A DNA stretch of 63,666 nt, the filler included, from Octopus bimaculoides (taxonomy: Eukaryota): NCBI RefSeq assembly GCF_001194135.2. It is 6 parts of 6 records of this genome, joined end to end, with 100 filler letters (N's around TTAATTAATTAA, not from the genome) between each part and the next. Parts side by side here need not be neighbours in the genome. Positions count along the whole stretch, not along the records: positions 1 to 22,034 come from NC_068997.1; 5 more parts are not named here. The stretch is one strand, 5' to 3'. The notes below the pieces were generated by a model. It did not search any database, was not told the DNA's origin, and saw only the letters and a program-made list of their open reading frames with translations. Of the stretch, positions 1 through 12,842 are shown piece by piece; position 1 is the first letter of the stretch, and the number at the start of each line of letters is the position of its first letter. The position numbers were made by a program, and so were the translations under genes.

Positions 1-203
1 ATATATATATATATATATATATATATATACTAGCAGAGATACCCGGCATTGCTCAGGATTAAAATGGCATAGTTTGTATATAATATATTACAGTTATGTT
101 GAAACAGGTAGGTAGGAAGGTAAGCAGAAAAATGGAAAGCAAGGAAGAGAGATTTAGATGTAGAAATAGAAACGGAAGAAGGTAAGTTGTAGTAGATACT
201 CAC

Positions 204-300
204 AGTATAAAGAATGAGCACTGATACAAACTGGATGATGCTGTAGAGGGCCATGTATTTGAAACAACCAAAAGAGGTGACTAAAGCAGCTCGACCTTCC
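204..300 (-). CDS. ATP13A3: P5B ATPase exon ([32 protein letters not shown]), last exon in window
   Basis: ccag acceptor and GTGAGT donor; 97 nt, phase 2 to 0; matches remembered ATP13A [23 protein letters not shown]. Confidence 0.93.
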
Positions 301-684
301 CTGGAATGACATAGATGTTATGGTGATCATAATGGCTTCAAATTTTGGTACAAGGCCAGTAGTTTTTGAGGGGAGGGGGAGAAGTTGATTACATCAATCT
401 GATCGCTTCTTTTTAAGTTCAAATTCTACCAGTCAACAGCCTTTCATTCTTTCAGAGTCAATGAAATAAGCACCAGTCAAGCACTGCAGTTCATGTAATC
501 AACTAGCTCCTCAAAATTTCAGGCCTTGTGTCTATAGTATAAAGAATTATTATTATTATTATCATTCTTCACTAAATGCCTTTTCACAGAAACAGTGTCC
601 AAGACACAACAACTAATATTCAGCCCCATCATAATAACAACACCAAAAGTCTTCAAAATAATAATGAACAACAAAGTAACTTAC

Positions 685-794
685 TTTATCACAGTTACAA
701 CACATTCAATGTTTTGGTTTTTGGAAGTGAAAGGAGCAGCAACTGAAGCTTCAGTCTCTGACAGAGAGATACCAGCATGGGCAGCCTTTAATGC
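685..794 (-). CDS. ATP13A3: P5B ATPase exon ([36 protein letters not shown])
   Basis: tgcag acceptor and GTAAGT donor; 110 nt, phase 0 to 2; ALKxAHxGISLSExEASVAxPFTSK motif. Confidence 0.93.
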
Positions 795-1414
795 CTGCAA
801 ATACACAAAAACAGATGGATTACAATGGCTTCTAACAGAGGTAGAAGGCAACAAGAACAGCTATGACAACAACAACACTTCAGTCACTGAGACTCTATTA
901 TCAGTCCTATCAATAATGACGATAGTAAAGGTAGACAAACATTTAGAACACTGATTGAACCAGTCCTTCTCAAGAGATTAGAGACCTGGACCTTATCGGC
1001 TTTCTTAGAAAACAACTAGATGAGCATCATTATCATCGTCTTCATCATTATCATCAAACAAGGCTGTTCATTTCCAGTCTTCTATAAAAAAACATGTCTG
1101 ACCACAGAGAAATATTACTTTGATTGGAAACAGGTGAGGGTTGGCAACAAGGTGGGCATCTGACTGCAGAAAATCTGTCTCAACCATCTAGCTTTTACAA
1201 GCAGTGAAAAGTGGATGTTAAATGATGATGTTGGTACCATTCCTGAGATTTTTCAGACATGACCACTGGAGTGAGGGTGAGATAGTGTTGAATGCTAATT
1301 CTCGTTTGACTAGACTGAATTAATTGATATTAGTAAAAATGGTTGATTAACATTTTATTCCATCTTTCTATTGGATTCCTGTAAAAAATAAAATGTAGAA
1401 TGTTCAAGACTTAC

Positions 1415-1457
1415 CTCACAATCATTAGCACCATCACCACAGAAACCAGTTCCATAC
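1415..1457 (-). CDS. ATP13A3: P5B ATPase exon with hinge motif (YGTGFCGDGANDCE)
   Basis: ctatag acceptor and GTAAGT donor; 43 nt, phase 2 to 0; GDGAND P-domain motif. Confidence 0.92.
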
Positions 1458-1589
1458 CTATAGGAGGAATATCAACGAAAATATTTAAATGAGCACCATC
1501 ATGTAGCTTATTACTGCTATTAATAATAGTAATGTTATGGGCATTAACAGAAGTATTAGTCTAATAATAATAATTATTATTATTTATTA

Positions 1590-2180
1590 TTATTATCCTT
1601 TCTATTACAAGCATAAGAGGTGAAATTTTGGAGAAGGGAGTGAGTGAATTACATTGACCCCAGTGCTTAACTGGTACTTACTGTATCAACTCCAAAAGGA
1701 TGAAAGGAAAAGTCAACCTTGATGGCATTTGAACTCAGAATGTACAGCTGGAAAAATGCTGTTTAGTAGTTTGTCCAAAAAGCTACCTATTCTGAAAGCT
1801 TGGTGCCTTTCAAATTTTGGCATAAAACCAGGAGTTTTATGAGGAGGGGACAGTCAATTACATTGGTCCTAGTACACAATTGGTATTCTATTTTATCAAC
1901 TACAAAAGGATGGAAAGCAAAGTTGACCTCAGTGGGATTTGAACTCAGAACATGAAGTGCCTGAAGAAATGCTGTTAAGCATTTTGTCCGGCATGCTAAC
2001 AATTCTGCCAACTCGCTGGCTTAAAATGATAATTTCTAAAATAGGCACAAGGCCAGAAATTGGGGAAAGCAGGAAAACAGTTGAGCAAATTAAGCCCAGT
2101 ACTTGACAGGGGCTTTATTTTATCGATTCTCAAAGGCTGAAGGGAAAAGCTGACCTCAGTAAAATTTGAACTTAGAACAC
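1590..2180 (-). mobile_element. Three tandem copies of an abundant tRNA-derived SINE with (ATT)n tail
   Basis: Repeated reverse complement of the gagctggcagaa...gagttcaaatt head, ctttgcctttcatcc core and ccttgtgcc tail. More copies near 5452-5860, 6985-7210, 8580-9200, 12100-12540, 16140-16610, 19430-19640 and 21700-21905. Confidence 0.85.
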
Positions 2181-2672
2181 AAATGTGATGACACCTGACA
2201 GGTGTCGCTAAATAAACAACTGAGAAAAATGGTGTCACAGTCAAAATGGTGAAGCAATAAATCCCCAAATCAAGTTTCATATCTTAACAGAAATACATTA
2301 TGTATTTCTATGATATTCGAAGGGTTTTGTCATGTGCCAGCACAAATGGTCATAACTAAATATGACCAGATTTTTAAATTGTCAACTTTGAGGTGCTTAG
2401 ATATCTAACTTATGACATGTCTTACAAGTAGGATCAAAGCAATTACTATAGTATAATACAATTATGATAAATCTTTAAAATTTGAATCAGAAATTATGAG
2501 AAAACGATGCACATATTACAGAATTATGATCATACCATTTGATGTTAATTATGTATCTTATAAACAGAAACAAAGTAATTCAATCCTTTTTTGTTACTAT
2601 ACATTTTTTTTTTAAATTTACAATTTAATTTTTAAAATAATGAAGTATTTAATAAAATAACTATTGTCATTA

Positions 2673-2882
2673 TTAGCCATTTCGTTACCATATTTCTGTC
2701 AAAATACACTGCTATTGTATCAATTACTTTTGAAAATAATGAAGAATTTACTACTAAAACAATTGTCATTATTAAACTGGTGTTTGAAACATAAATTAAC
2801 ATGAAATTTTGACAGAAGGTTTTAACTTAAATCGCATTAAAACAAGAAGTGGTGTCGGTGGGATTGGTATCAAAAGAGTTAA
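2673..2882. mobile_element. piggyBac-like MITE, copy 1
   Basis: Similar throughout to 4174-4401; ends aaaagagttaa. Confidence 0.55.
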
Positions 2883-2948
2883 AGAAAGTAAGAGAAGGGT
2901 TTGAGAAACATTCAAGACCATTTTCAAAGGAATTTAACAGAAACTCAC

Positions 2949-3028
2949 TCCAGTTCTTGAAATTTCTCCACTAATTGAGCCTTTTGATCTGGAGACATTC
3001 TGGCAAATATTGTTCCTCTTTCGCAGAC
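2949..3028 (-). CDS. ATP13A3: P5B ATPase exon (VCERGTIFARMSPDQKAQLVEKFQEL)
   Basis: ctaaag acceptor and GTGAGT donor; 80 nt, phase 0 to 2; FARMxPDQK motif. Confidence 0.93.
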
Positions 3029-3890
3029 CTTTAGAAAGAAATTCAAATTGGAATTGGTCACAGTATAGGTACACCAATTGTACACACACATAATCAACTA
3101 AATGTCTCCTACTATAGCCCCAAACCAACCAAAGCCTTGTGAGTGAATTTAGTACACAGAAATTGGAAGAAACTGTCATATATGTATGTGTGTTTGTTCA
3201 CATTTGTGCTCACTTCTACAAAATATGCAACCTATCAGCAGTGATGTTGTCATTTCTACTATGGAAAAGAATGGACAACTGTACTCAATACTTTATTCAC
3301 AAACCTTCATTTACCAACCAACCAACCACAACTACTGGTTCACAGGTACCCAATCATCAAACTTCACTCACCAACATAACACAACCATTGAATCACAGAC
3401 ACAATATCCTCTTTCAATTGTCTCTCTCTCTCTCTCTCTCTCTCTGTCCTGTGTGAGGAGACAGTGTTGCTGTGATCTAGTAGCTGTAGCGAGTTGGTGA
3501 GAAAGTTTGTGCGTCTGTGAAGTAGTGAGCATAGCAGATTGGCAAGTGAAGATTTGAGTAAAGACACTATGTCTATGAGCCAAACATTACAGCATCTTTG
3601 CGAGTGAAGGCATCAGGCAGTGGCTTCACTCACAAAGCGGTGGACTGGTGAGTAATGGTTTGAATGATAAGTTTGTAGGTCTGCGATTCAGTGGCTGTGA
3701 TATGTTTATAATTGAAGATTTATCAATCAGTCAGATGTTCATTTATGATAAGACAAGAAGAGATGACCTCTCAGACAGATGCCAGGAACTCAGTACTCAA
3801 TATATGTATCAACAGAACCACTGAAATATCATGAGCCACGTAGTCAGGCAAGGGTGCCAAGTTCAAAATTGATAAATATGATTATTTTAC

Positions 3891-3998
3891 CTGGTTTAGT
3901 AACTGGGGGAAGTATGTCTTCAGCACAGAAAAGGCTTTACCAGACACGGCAAAGTGATACCTTCTACTGTCAGATTCACATCGAATGGAATGGTAACC
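3891..3998 (-). CDS. ATP13A3: P5B ATPase exon (GYHSIRCESDSRRYHFAVSGKAFSVLKTYFPQLLNQ)
   Basis: tgcag acceptor and GTAAAA donor; 108 nt, phase 0 to 0; RYHFAxxGKxF motif. Confidence 0.9.
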
Positions 3999-4173
3999 CT
4001 GCAATATAAACAACAAATGTAATGAGGATTCAGAAGAAAGAGGAGAAATGAAAAGCAAGCAATAATAGTTAACTTTGCAGCATTGAGAGATGACAGTGAC
4101 CTTAAAGTTTTGGCTCACCAGCCTTCATCAGATTGTCCAACAAAGCCAGCAGGTTGAGACTTTGAACAAGTAC

Positions 4174-4401
4174 TTAACCCTTGTGTTACCATATTTCTGA
4201 TGAAACCCACTGTCTTCATTTCAATTAACTTTGAAAATAATGAAGAATTCAATGAAACATCTGCCATTATTAAGCCAGCATTTGGAATAGAATTTAAAAT
4301 GAAATTTTGATGGAAAGTGTTAATTTAGATCATTTTAAGGAAAGAAGTTTTTATCATAGTAGCAGAAGAAACCTTGGGTGGTTTGGTGTCAAAAGAGTTA
4401 A
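4174..4401. mobile_element. piggyBac-like MITE, copy 2
   Basis: TTAA-CCCTT...AAGAG-TTAA ends with TTAA on both sides. Confidence 0.6.
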
Positions 4402-7400
4402 GTAAGATATGATATGATGTGATATGACAGTGATAAAACATGAAATGATTTTACATCAGTGTGCTATGGACACAGTGATATAAATGCTGTCAGTAAACTG
4501 TTGACTTGCTGCTATAAAATATTTCATTCCGAACCTAACTAGAACACAATCAAAATTATATGGTTAAGATTATATCTTGAATTAGTAAAGCAACCGCAAT
4601 CAAGTTAAAAACATTAAAAAAGAAGACCAAGTTCAATCCCAGCTATTGCTGACAATTTGAAAATATCATATAAATATCAATGTGTACTAACATCTCTACA
4701 TTTATTTATCACATGAAAGTGAAATAAAGTCTACTTTATGATGAAGCTATCCAGGAGTTTTTAGAGCAACAAACTATACTTCACTCCAAAGTGTCCTTGA
4801 GTTATATAGCCATGACTAGATTTGAACCCAGCACAGTAGGTGAATAATGTAATATCCATTACACAATGCCATTGTTACATATCCTTACAACAGTAAGTTA
4901 ATTCTATGTAGTACTTATTTACTGCCAGGTAAACTATCAACACATGGAACCTATTTATGACCAGGTGGACAGCACTTTCTCATGGTACCTGTTTACAGCT
5001 AGTTTCTCAGGGTAGCTTTTCACAGTTAAGTAGACTCTCATGGTACCTATTTGCAGTTAAGTGGATTACATCTTTTCATGATATTGAAGTTAGTTACAGC
5101 AAGGTGAAGTGTGCACTGTAGTGATATCTATTTACAGCTAGATGGACAGTGTGTCCCTATGGTCCCCTACAGTATGCAGAGTGAGATTGAACCTGCTTTG
5201 CTAGTTTTAAATGGTTAACTTCTGAACATGGTCTACTGTTTATCTAATGTAAGGCAGACATGTTCTGAAGCTGAACAAAGTTATAATGTCAGTTAGTAAA
5301 TAAAAGAAAAAGAAATATTAAAGTTTTTTATATATANNNNNNNNNNNNNNNNNNNNNNNNNNNNNNNNNNNNNNNNNNNNNNNNNNNNNNNNNNNNNNNN
5401 NNNNNNNNNNNNNNNNNNNNNNNNNNNNNNNNNNNNNNNNNNNNNNNNNNNTAACGTTGACCTCAACAGTATTTGAACTCAGGACATAAAAAGCTAAAAG
5501 AAATGCCACGAAGCATTTTGTCCAGTGTGGGAAAAATTCTACCAGTTTGTCAACATAATAATAATAATCCTTTCTACTATAGGTACAAGGACTGAAATTT
5601 TGGGAGGGAGGGGGAGGGGGCTAATCAATTACATCAATCCCAGTGCTCAACCCCCAACAAGATGAAAGGATAACGTTGACCTCAACAGTATTTGAACTCA
5701 GGACATAAAAAGCTAAAAGAAATGCCACGAAGCATTTTGTCCAGTGTGGGAAAAATTCTACCAGTTTGTCAACATAATAATAATAATCCTTTCTACTATA
5801 GACACAAGGCCTGAAATTCTGGTGGGATGGGTCTAGTTGATTACATTGACCCCAGTGTTTTGTTTTTTTGTGTTGTATGGCATGATACATTGCTGATGAA
5901 TCAAGGAACTTTAAAGGTTCAAAAATAGCCACAAGGAATTCATACAAAACTATGGAAAAAAAATAACTTGATTAAAAAGTTTCTGAAAGAAAGAAAGCAA
6001 GGCAGTTATTTTCAATACATGTAGAAAATATTAGAAAAAAACATTTTCATATACACACACACATGCACACACACACATACATAAATACACACATACATAC
6101 ATACATACATACATATTGGAGCCTTGAATCTATGCTAGAGTCCGGCTCTTTCTCTATTGACAAGAAATACAGAAATGAAACTGATTGATAACATACATAC
6201 ATACACACACACATTTAAATATGTAAACATACATACTCGCATAAACACACATGCATGTACACATACATTTATAGAAAATTTCGACAATTTCTAGCAAAAT
6301 GCTACAAAAGCATGCAAAGTATTTGAACCATGCCCGTAGATGCCGAAACCAAAAACTAAATAAACAAACACATCAAATAAAATAATGATAATAAAAAAAT
6401 GTTAATAATATTATTATTATTAATAAGAAGGCAACAAGCTGGTAGAATCATGACTGTGCCACAGAAAATGCTTAGCAATATTTCTTCCAGGTCTTTATTT
6501 TCAGAGTTCAAATTCTGTTGATGCCAACATTGCCTTTGAGTGATATAATTAGTTTACCTGCTCCCTTCAAAATTGCTGGCTTGTGCTGAAATCAGACAAA
6601 AAGGTGCCCAGGCTGGTGACATGTTAAAAGCACCTGTGTTGGTAACATGTTAATGGCAGCCATGCTGGTGACACATAAAAGACACTATGGAGTGGTTGGC
6701 ATTAGGAAGGGCATCCAGCCATAGAAACCAAACCAAGGCAGATGGGAGCCTGGTATAGCTCTCAAGCTTACCAGCTCTATCCAACCATCTAACCCATGCG
6801 AGCACCAAAAACAGACACTAATTGAAGTTGATGATGGTGATGAATAATGTTAATATCAAAAGTCTTGTGTCACCCTGACACACTCAAAATGGTGTATTTT
6901 ATGTGCCACCTGCACAGGAGCCAGTCCAGCGGCACTGGCAACGATCTCACTCGAACGGTGCGCTTAGTGCTCCACTGGTACAGGTAATAATCCTTTCTAC
7001 TATAGGCACAAGGCCTGGATTTTTGTGGGGAGGGGGACAATCAATCATACCGACCCTAGTACTTGACTGGTTGGTACTTAATTTATTGATCTGAAAGGAT
7101 GAAAGGCAAAGCTGACATCAGTGGAATTTGAACTCAGAACATAGCAACAGAAGAAATACTGCTAAGCATTTCGCTCAGCATGCTAACAATTCTGCCAGCT
7201 TGCCACCTTGATAATGATAATAACAAAATAATGAAAATAAACACGAAATTAACAAAAAATATACACTAAATGAAAAAAGAAATCAATCAAAATCAAACAA
7301 AAACATATAAAAGGAAGAAAAAAAACTATACAAAAATCTTTAAAAAAAAAAATGCCAAGTATGCAGTCAGTGCTAGAAGGTAGAGAAAGATCACCCACCT

Positions 7401-7989
7401 GTTCTTGGGTTTCATTAAACAGAAGAAGAGGACAATTCTGAAAAACACAAAGCCAAGGAGGATGTTTTCTTAACATGCTGCATATCCACTCTTCCCATGG
7501 ACCTGGGGTGGATAAGGGTGGAGCAGAGGCGAGAGAGAGAGAGAAGAAATAGGGGAATTGGTGTCGTCGTTTTAGCCCCAAAAACAGTCGTGACCAGGTG
7601 GAAGTCTGATCAAAGACGTTCCAGCCATGACCTTTTCATCTTTTATTCAATGTATTTAAGACTACATTATCTAAACGGTTTATCAATACTAATTATTCCT
7701 AATTATTTATTAATGCTAAATAGTTACTATTAGTGGCTATAATTTGTATGTTGTTTAACCCCAGGTAGAGTCCTGATCAAGCAAAACTGATCAAAGATGT
7801 ACCAGCTACACCCATTTCATCTTTTATTTGATGTATTTACAACTACATTCTTTAATATAGAGTTATTAACACTAATTATTACTAATTACTTCTTACTACT
7901 CATTAGTATTAGTAGCACATATAATATATAGCATCACATTATAGACACACACACACACATTATATACACACACGCACATATATTATATA

Positions 7990-8300
7990 GCATCACTATC
8001 ATCTGCATTCCATGCTGACACGGGTTGAGCAGTTTGACAAGATCTAAGAGTTCAAGGGCTAAATCGTGCTTTATTGTCTGCTTTAGCATGGTTTCTATGG
8101 CTGGATGCCTATCAATCATCATTTAACATCCACTTTCCATGCTAGCATGGGTTGGATGATTTGACTGGGGACTGGTGAAACCAGATGGCTACACCAGACT
8201 CCAATCTGATCTGGCAGAGTTTCTACAGCTGAATGCCCTTCCTAACGCCAACCACTCCAAGAGTGTAGTGGGTGCTTTTTACGTGCCACCAGCACAAGGG
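7990..8300 (-). mobile_element. RTE LINE 3-prime UTR fragment(s)
   Basis: Reverse complement of the tail ...ccaacccatgctagcatggaaag...gttaaatgatgat seen at 23400-23480. Related pieces near 6600-6980, 10870-10935, 11790-11960, 19680-20060 and 36870-37080. Confidence 0.75.
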
Positions 8301-9846
8301 CCAGTCCGGCAGTATATATATAAAATACAAAAATGGGACAAGAACGCAAAACATCCAGACAGACAATACAAAGAAAACAAGGATGGGTCATTTGAAGTTT
8401 TCTTTCCTCAGTCAAGTTCCAGATTATCTTTGCAATTTCGGCTGGTATACTCGAGGATTGCTCCAATCTGGCCAGCCCCAAGGAAAAACTAAGCTAAGAG
8501 CATTAGATTCCTTGGAAGAAAGCAGCAAATGTATACAAAAACAAGGACGGAAAAAAATGAAAGGTGAAGAAATTCTCAGTGGAGTTTGAACTTAGAATGT
8601 GAGATGGATGAAATACAAATGATCCTACCAGCTCACCGACTTTCTACTAGAGTCATAAGGCCTGGAATTTTGGGAAAGCAGGTAAGTTGATGACATTGAC
8701 CCCAGTACTCAGCTGGTACTTAATTACCAACCCCAAAAAAGATGAACAGTAAAGTCAACCTCAGCAGAATTTGAACCTAGAATGTAAAGAATCAGATGAA
8801 ATGCCACAAAGCATTTTGGTCGGCTTGATGCTTAATAATAATAGTAATATCAATAATTCCTTCTACTATAGGCACAAGGCTAAAAGTTTTAAGGAGAGGG
8901 TGCTAGTCAATTACTTGGACACCCCAGTGCTCAAATGATACTTATTTTATCAACCTTAAAGGATGAATGACAAAGTCAACTTTGGTAACATTTGAACTAA
9001 AACCATAAAACTGGAAAACATGTCACCAAGCATTCTATCCAATATGTTAATTATTCTCCTAGCTTACTGCCATAATTAATAATATTTGCTTCACATTTTG
9101 GCAGAAAGGACAGCACTTTAAAAGAAGAGGGTAATTCAATTACATCAACCCCAGTGTTCAAGTGGTACTTATTTTATTGACCCTGAAATAATAACAATAA
9201 TAAACTTTTAGAAATCGATTTCTTTCTTGGGACCCAAGGACAAAAAGAAATCAATGCAAAGCAGAGAAACAATCAGCGAAAATGGAATAAATTGAAGACA
9301 TACAGCTACAAGACTGATGTGGGGGAAGGAAAAAAATTGAAAATCTTCATACAGAGAAACAGAGTGGGTTGAGGGGAAACAAAGAGCATAGGTAATGAAG
9401 GTACACAGTGAGTAAAAGAGGCTGGGTTGGTAAAAGAGGCTGGGTTGGTAAAAGAGGCTGGCTCTTGGATGGAAAAAGGCAAGTATAGACAATGAAGAGA
9501 ATGGGGATGCGGAGAGTAAAAAATACAGAATAGATGGAGATATAAAGAGGGTATATAGTTAAAGTGGAGTATGCAGAGAGAAAGATATGATGGACAGAGG
9601 GATACAAAGAAAATAGAGTCAATGAGGGAATGCAAAAAGTAAAAGAAAGGACAAGCAGATGAAAGAAGGAGTACAGCTGATGAAATAAAATGCAGAGAAA
9701 AACAGGAGTAAAATAATTGCACAGAATATTAATGTGAAACAAATGGTACATTGTATGGGTGCAGTTCATGTTTGTGTGTGTATGTGGTGTATATGTATAT
9801 CTGTGTGTGAGTGTATGTGTCTATATATATTGGTATGCGTAGTTAC

Positions 9847-10019
9847 CTCTTGATCAGATTCACTAAGAGAGTCATCTGTGACGGACTCAGATTGTTCCCA
9901 ATGAATCTGAGCTTCCTGGCCATCTTCTGGAGGTGAGGCATTAACGATGATCACATTTTGTTTTGGCTTCACCATTCCACAGTTCCTAGCAACACTGACA
10001 GCTGTCAGAATCATATCTC
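9847..10019 (-). CDS. ATP13A3: P5B ATPase exon (GDMILTAVSVARNCGMVKPKQNVIIVNASPPEDGQEAQIHWEQ...SDQE)
   Basis: tttcag acceptor and GTAACT donor; 173 nt, phase 1 to 0; completes the TGD motif; LTAVSVARxCGM. Confidence 0.92.
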
Positions 10020-10069
10020 CTGAAATATTTAGAAACATATGTATACATGCATAAATACATATACATACA

Positions 10070-10105
<36 letters not shown>

Positions 10106-10160
10106 TATACATACACATGAACATACACTCAAACACATGTGTGTGAGTGTATTTACACAC

Positions 10161-10199
<39 letters not shown>

Positions 10200-10200
10200 C

Positions 10201-10283
<83 letters not shown>

Positions 10284-10505
10284 TATGCACATATACTTAG
10301 ATGAACTCACACACACACACACAGATAAGTATCCTGTCTAAGTTGACTGGCGCTTGCCAACAAACAGAACACAAAGTTCTAGTCAACTTGATATTCATAC
10401 TAAATTTGACTCTGATAAAGAGAGAAAAGTCAAATTTATTGTGAACATGAACACCACCACCACAACAACAACAACAGCAACAGCAGCAGTAATAATAAAT
10501 CTTAC

Positions 10506-10630
10506 CTGTCACCATCACTGAACGAATATTTGCAGCTTGTAAAGTCTTGATGACTGGTGCCGACTCTGGTTTTAAGGTATTTTTCATTATAAGCAATCCC
10601 AGGAAGTTTAAATTATGTTCCACTTTTTCA
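10506..10630 (-). CDS. ATP13A3: P5B ATPase exon (EKVEHNLNFLGLLIMKNTLKPESAPVIKTLQAANIRSVMVT)
   Basis: tttcag acceptor and GTAAG donor; 125 nt, phase 2 to 1; FLGLxIMxNxLK and ANIRxVMVTG motifs. Confidence 0.93.
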
Positions 10631-10948
10631 CTGAAAATGGTCAATGAAACAAAACATAAATTTGAAAAAAAAGAAAAGATCAATTCTTGCTAATAATCAT
10701 TAATCAATAGTCATTAATCAGAAACTTCACATAATGATATGACACACTTAACCGTAAATAGAGAGGTACCAAATATGGTTCTCTTTAGTGGCTTGCTGGC
10801 TAATTTTCTCACAGACAGTGCTCCAGCATGGCCCAGCCTTAGAGCTGAGACATATAAAAGAATAATCCAAAACGAACTAACTACACCATTTTGAGCGTGG
10901 CCGTTGCCAGTACCACCTGATTGGCCTTCAATGAGACAACATACTAAC

Positions 10949-11069
10949 CGGTTTATCCGCTGTGCCTGGTGCCAGGTGAGTTTAGGGTCCAGTTCCTTCC
11001 AGGATAAGGCAAGAACACGGAACCCTTGCACTGTGTATTTGTGGAGAATATCAGAGAAGTCTGCTGGAA
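10949..11069 (-). CDS. ATP13A3: P5B ATPase exon (PADFSDILHKYTVQGFRVLALSWKELDPKLTWHQAQRINR)
   Basis: ccaaag acceptor and GTTAGT donor; 121 nt, phase 1 to 2; QGFRVxAL and KLTWH motifs. Confidence 0.93.
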
Positions 11070-12688
11070 CTTTGGAGAAGAAAAGAAAAGGAAAAAGATA
11101 TAAGAAAACAATAGGGTAAATGAATAAAGGGTAGAAGATTGTATGTTGGTTTCTCATCCTCCTTCTTATCATCACCACCATCATCATCATCAACATAAAC
11201 AACATCAACTTCATTATCACCACAAACATCATCATCAATATGCCTTCCACCACTACCACTACCATTCTCACTTCTATCATCATCATCATCATCACCACCA
11301 CCATCTCAACCACCATTTGTCATCATCATCAAAACTACCACCATAATGATCATGAACAGCCTACAACCGCAACTCTCACCATCTCTCCACCACCACTACC
11401 ATCATCACCAGCATAAACATTGTCCTCATTATCACCATCAATATTAACCACCTCTACACTATCGTCATCAATACCACCATCATCAACGCTGCCACCACCA
11501 CTGCTGCTGCCACCACCACTGCTGCATCATCGTCATCATCATCATCAGTTCAATGCAAAACTTAAAAAGCACTTCATAAAACGGAGGCAAAAGGAAAGAG
11601 AAATATGAAATCCACCACCACCACCACCAACACCACCACCAACACCACCACCAACACCAACATCAACACCAACAACAACAACATCCTTTAATCCATTAAA
11701 ATTATTTGTGAAACACAATAACCATTAAGGTCTTAATTCCATCAAAGAAACATGGAATTCAATAATAGCATTGTCATCATCATCATCATTTAATGTCCCC
11801 TTTTCTATGCTTGCATGGGTCAGACAGAATTTGTTGAGGCAGACTGTTCACAGCCAGATGCTCTCCCTGTCATCAACCCTCACCTATTTCTAAGCACAGT
11901 AATATTTTGTGATGGAAGACAGGAAACAAACAACACCACTTGTATGAGAGTGATGCTCATTTACAATCATCACACAATGTCAAGACAAGGGAACTCACAG
12001 AGACACACACAAATACATATACATAATCACATGTATATTATATACATATATTGACAGGTTTCTTTCAGTTTTAAGCTAGCAAATCCACTCAGAAGGCCAG
12101 CAATTTTAAAGAAGTGGCTAAGTCAATCACATTTATCCCCAGTGTTCCACTGACACTTATTTTTCTGAACACGAAATGATAATATTAATGGTTTCAAATT
12201 TTGGCACAAAGCCAGCAGTTTTGAAGGAGAGGATAAGTTGATTATATCAACCCCAGTGCTCAAGTAGTACCTATTTTACTGATCCCAAAAGACAGATGAA
12301 ATACTGCTAAGCATTTTGCCCAGTGTGCTAACACTTCTGCCAGCTCACTGCCTTCATAATAACAACAATAACACTTTCTACTACAGGTACAAGGCCAAAA
12401 ATTTTAGAGGAAGGTTATAGTCAATCACTTTGACTCCCATCCTCAACTGGTTCTTAGTTTATCAATCTTAAAAGGACGAAAGGCAAAGTCAACCTCAGCA
12501 ACATTTGAACTGAGAACATAAAGCTGGAAGAAATGCCACCAAGCTTGGAACTATAACAGAAGACATTTACCCGAGGTGTCACACAGTGAGACTGAACCAA
12601 AGACTACATGATTGAGAAGCAAGTTTCTTAACCACACAGCCACACCTCCATCATCAAAGAGAAAAAAAAAACATTAACAAGTACGTAC

Positions 12689-12842
12689 TACTATCTGGAT
12701 TACACAGTGATGCAATCTTCTCTGGAGCCCCTTTCGAATAAATGTCCATGTGATTGGTACCAAGTTTGCGAACAATCACACTCATACGCTGAAGACTTGA
12801 GGTAAAAGTGAACTGTCGCACAATTCCGACTTCAAGGGATGT
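12689..12842 (-). CDS. ATP13A3: P5B ATPase N-domain exon ([51 protein letters not shown]); absent from ORF track
   Basis: ccatag acceptor and GTACGT donor; 154 nt, phase 0 to 1; IVRQFxFxSxLQRMSV and KGAPE motifs. Confidence 0.93.

Noticed and set aside
595-954. 119-aa plus-strand ORF
   Set aside because: Antisense shadow of the ATPase exon 685-794.
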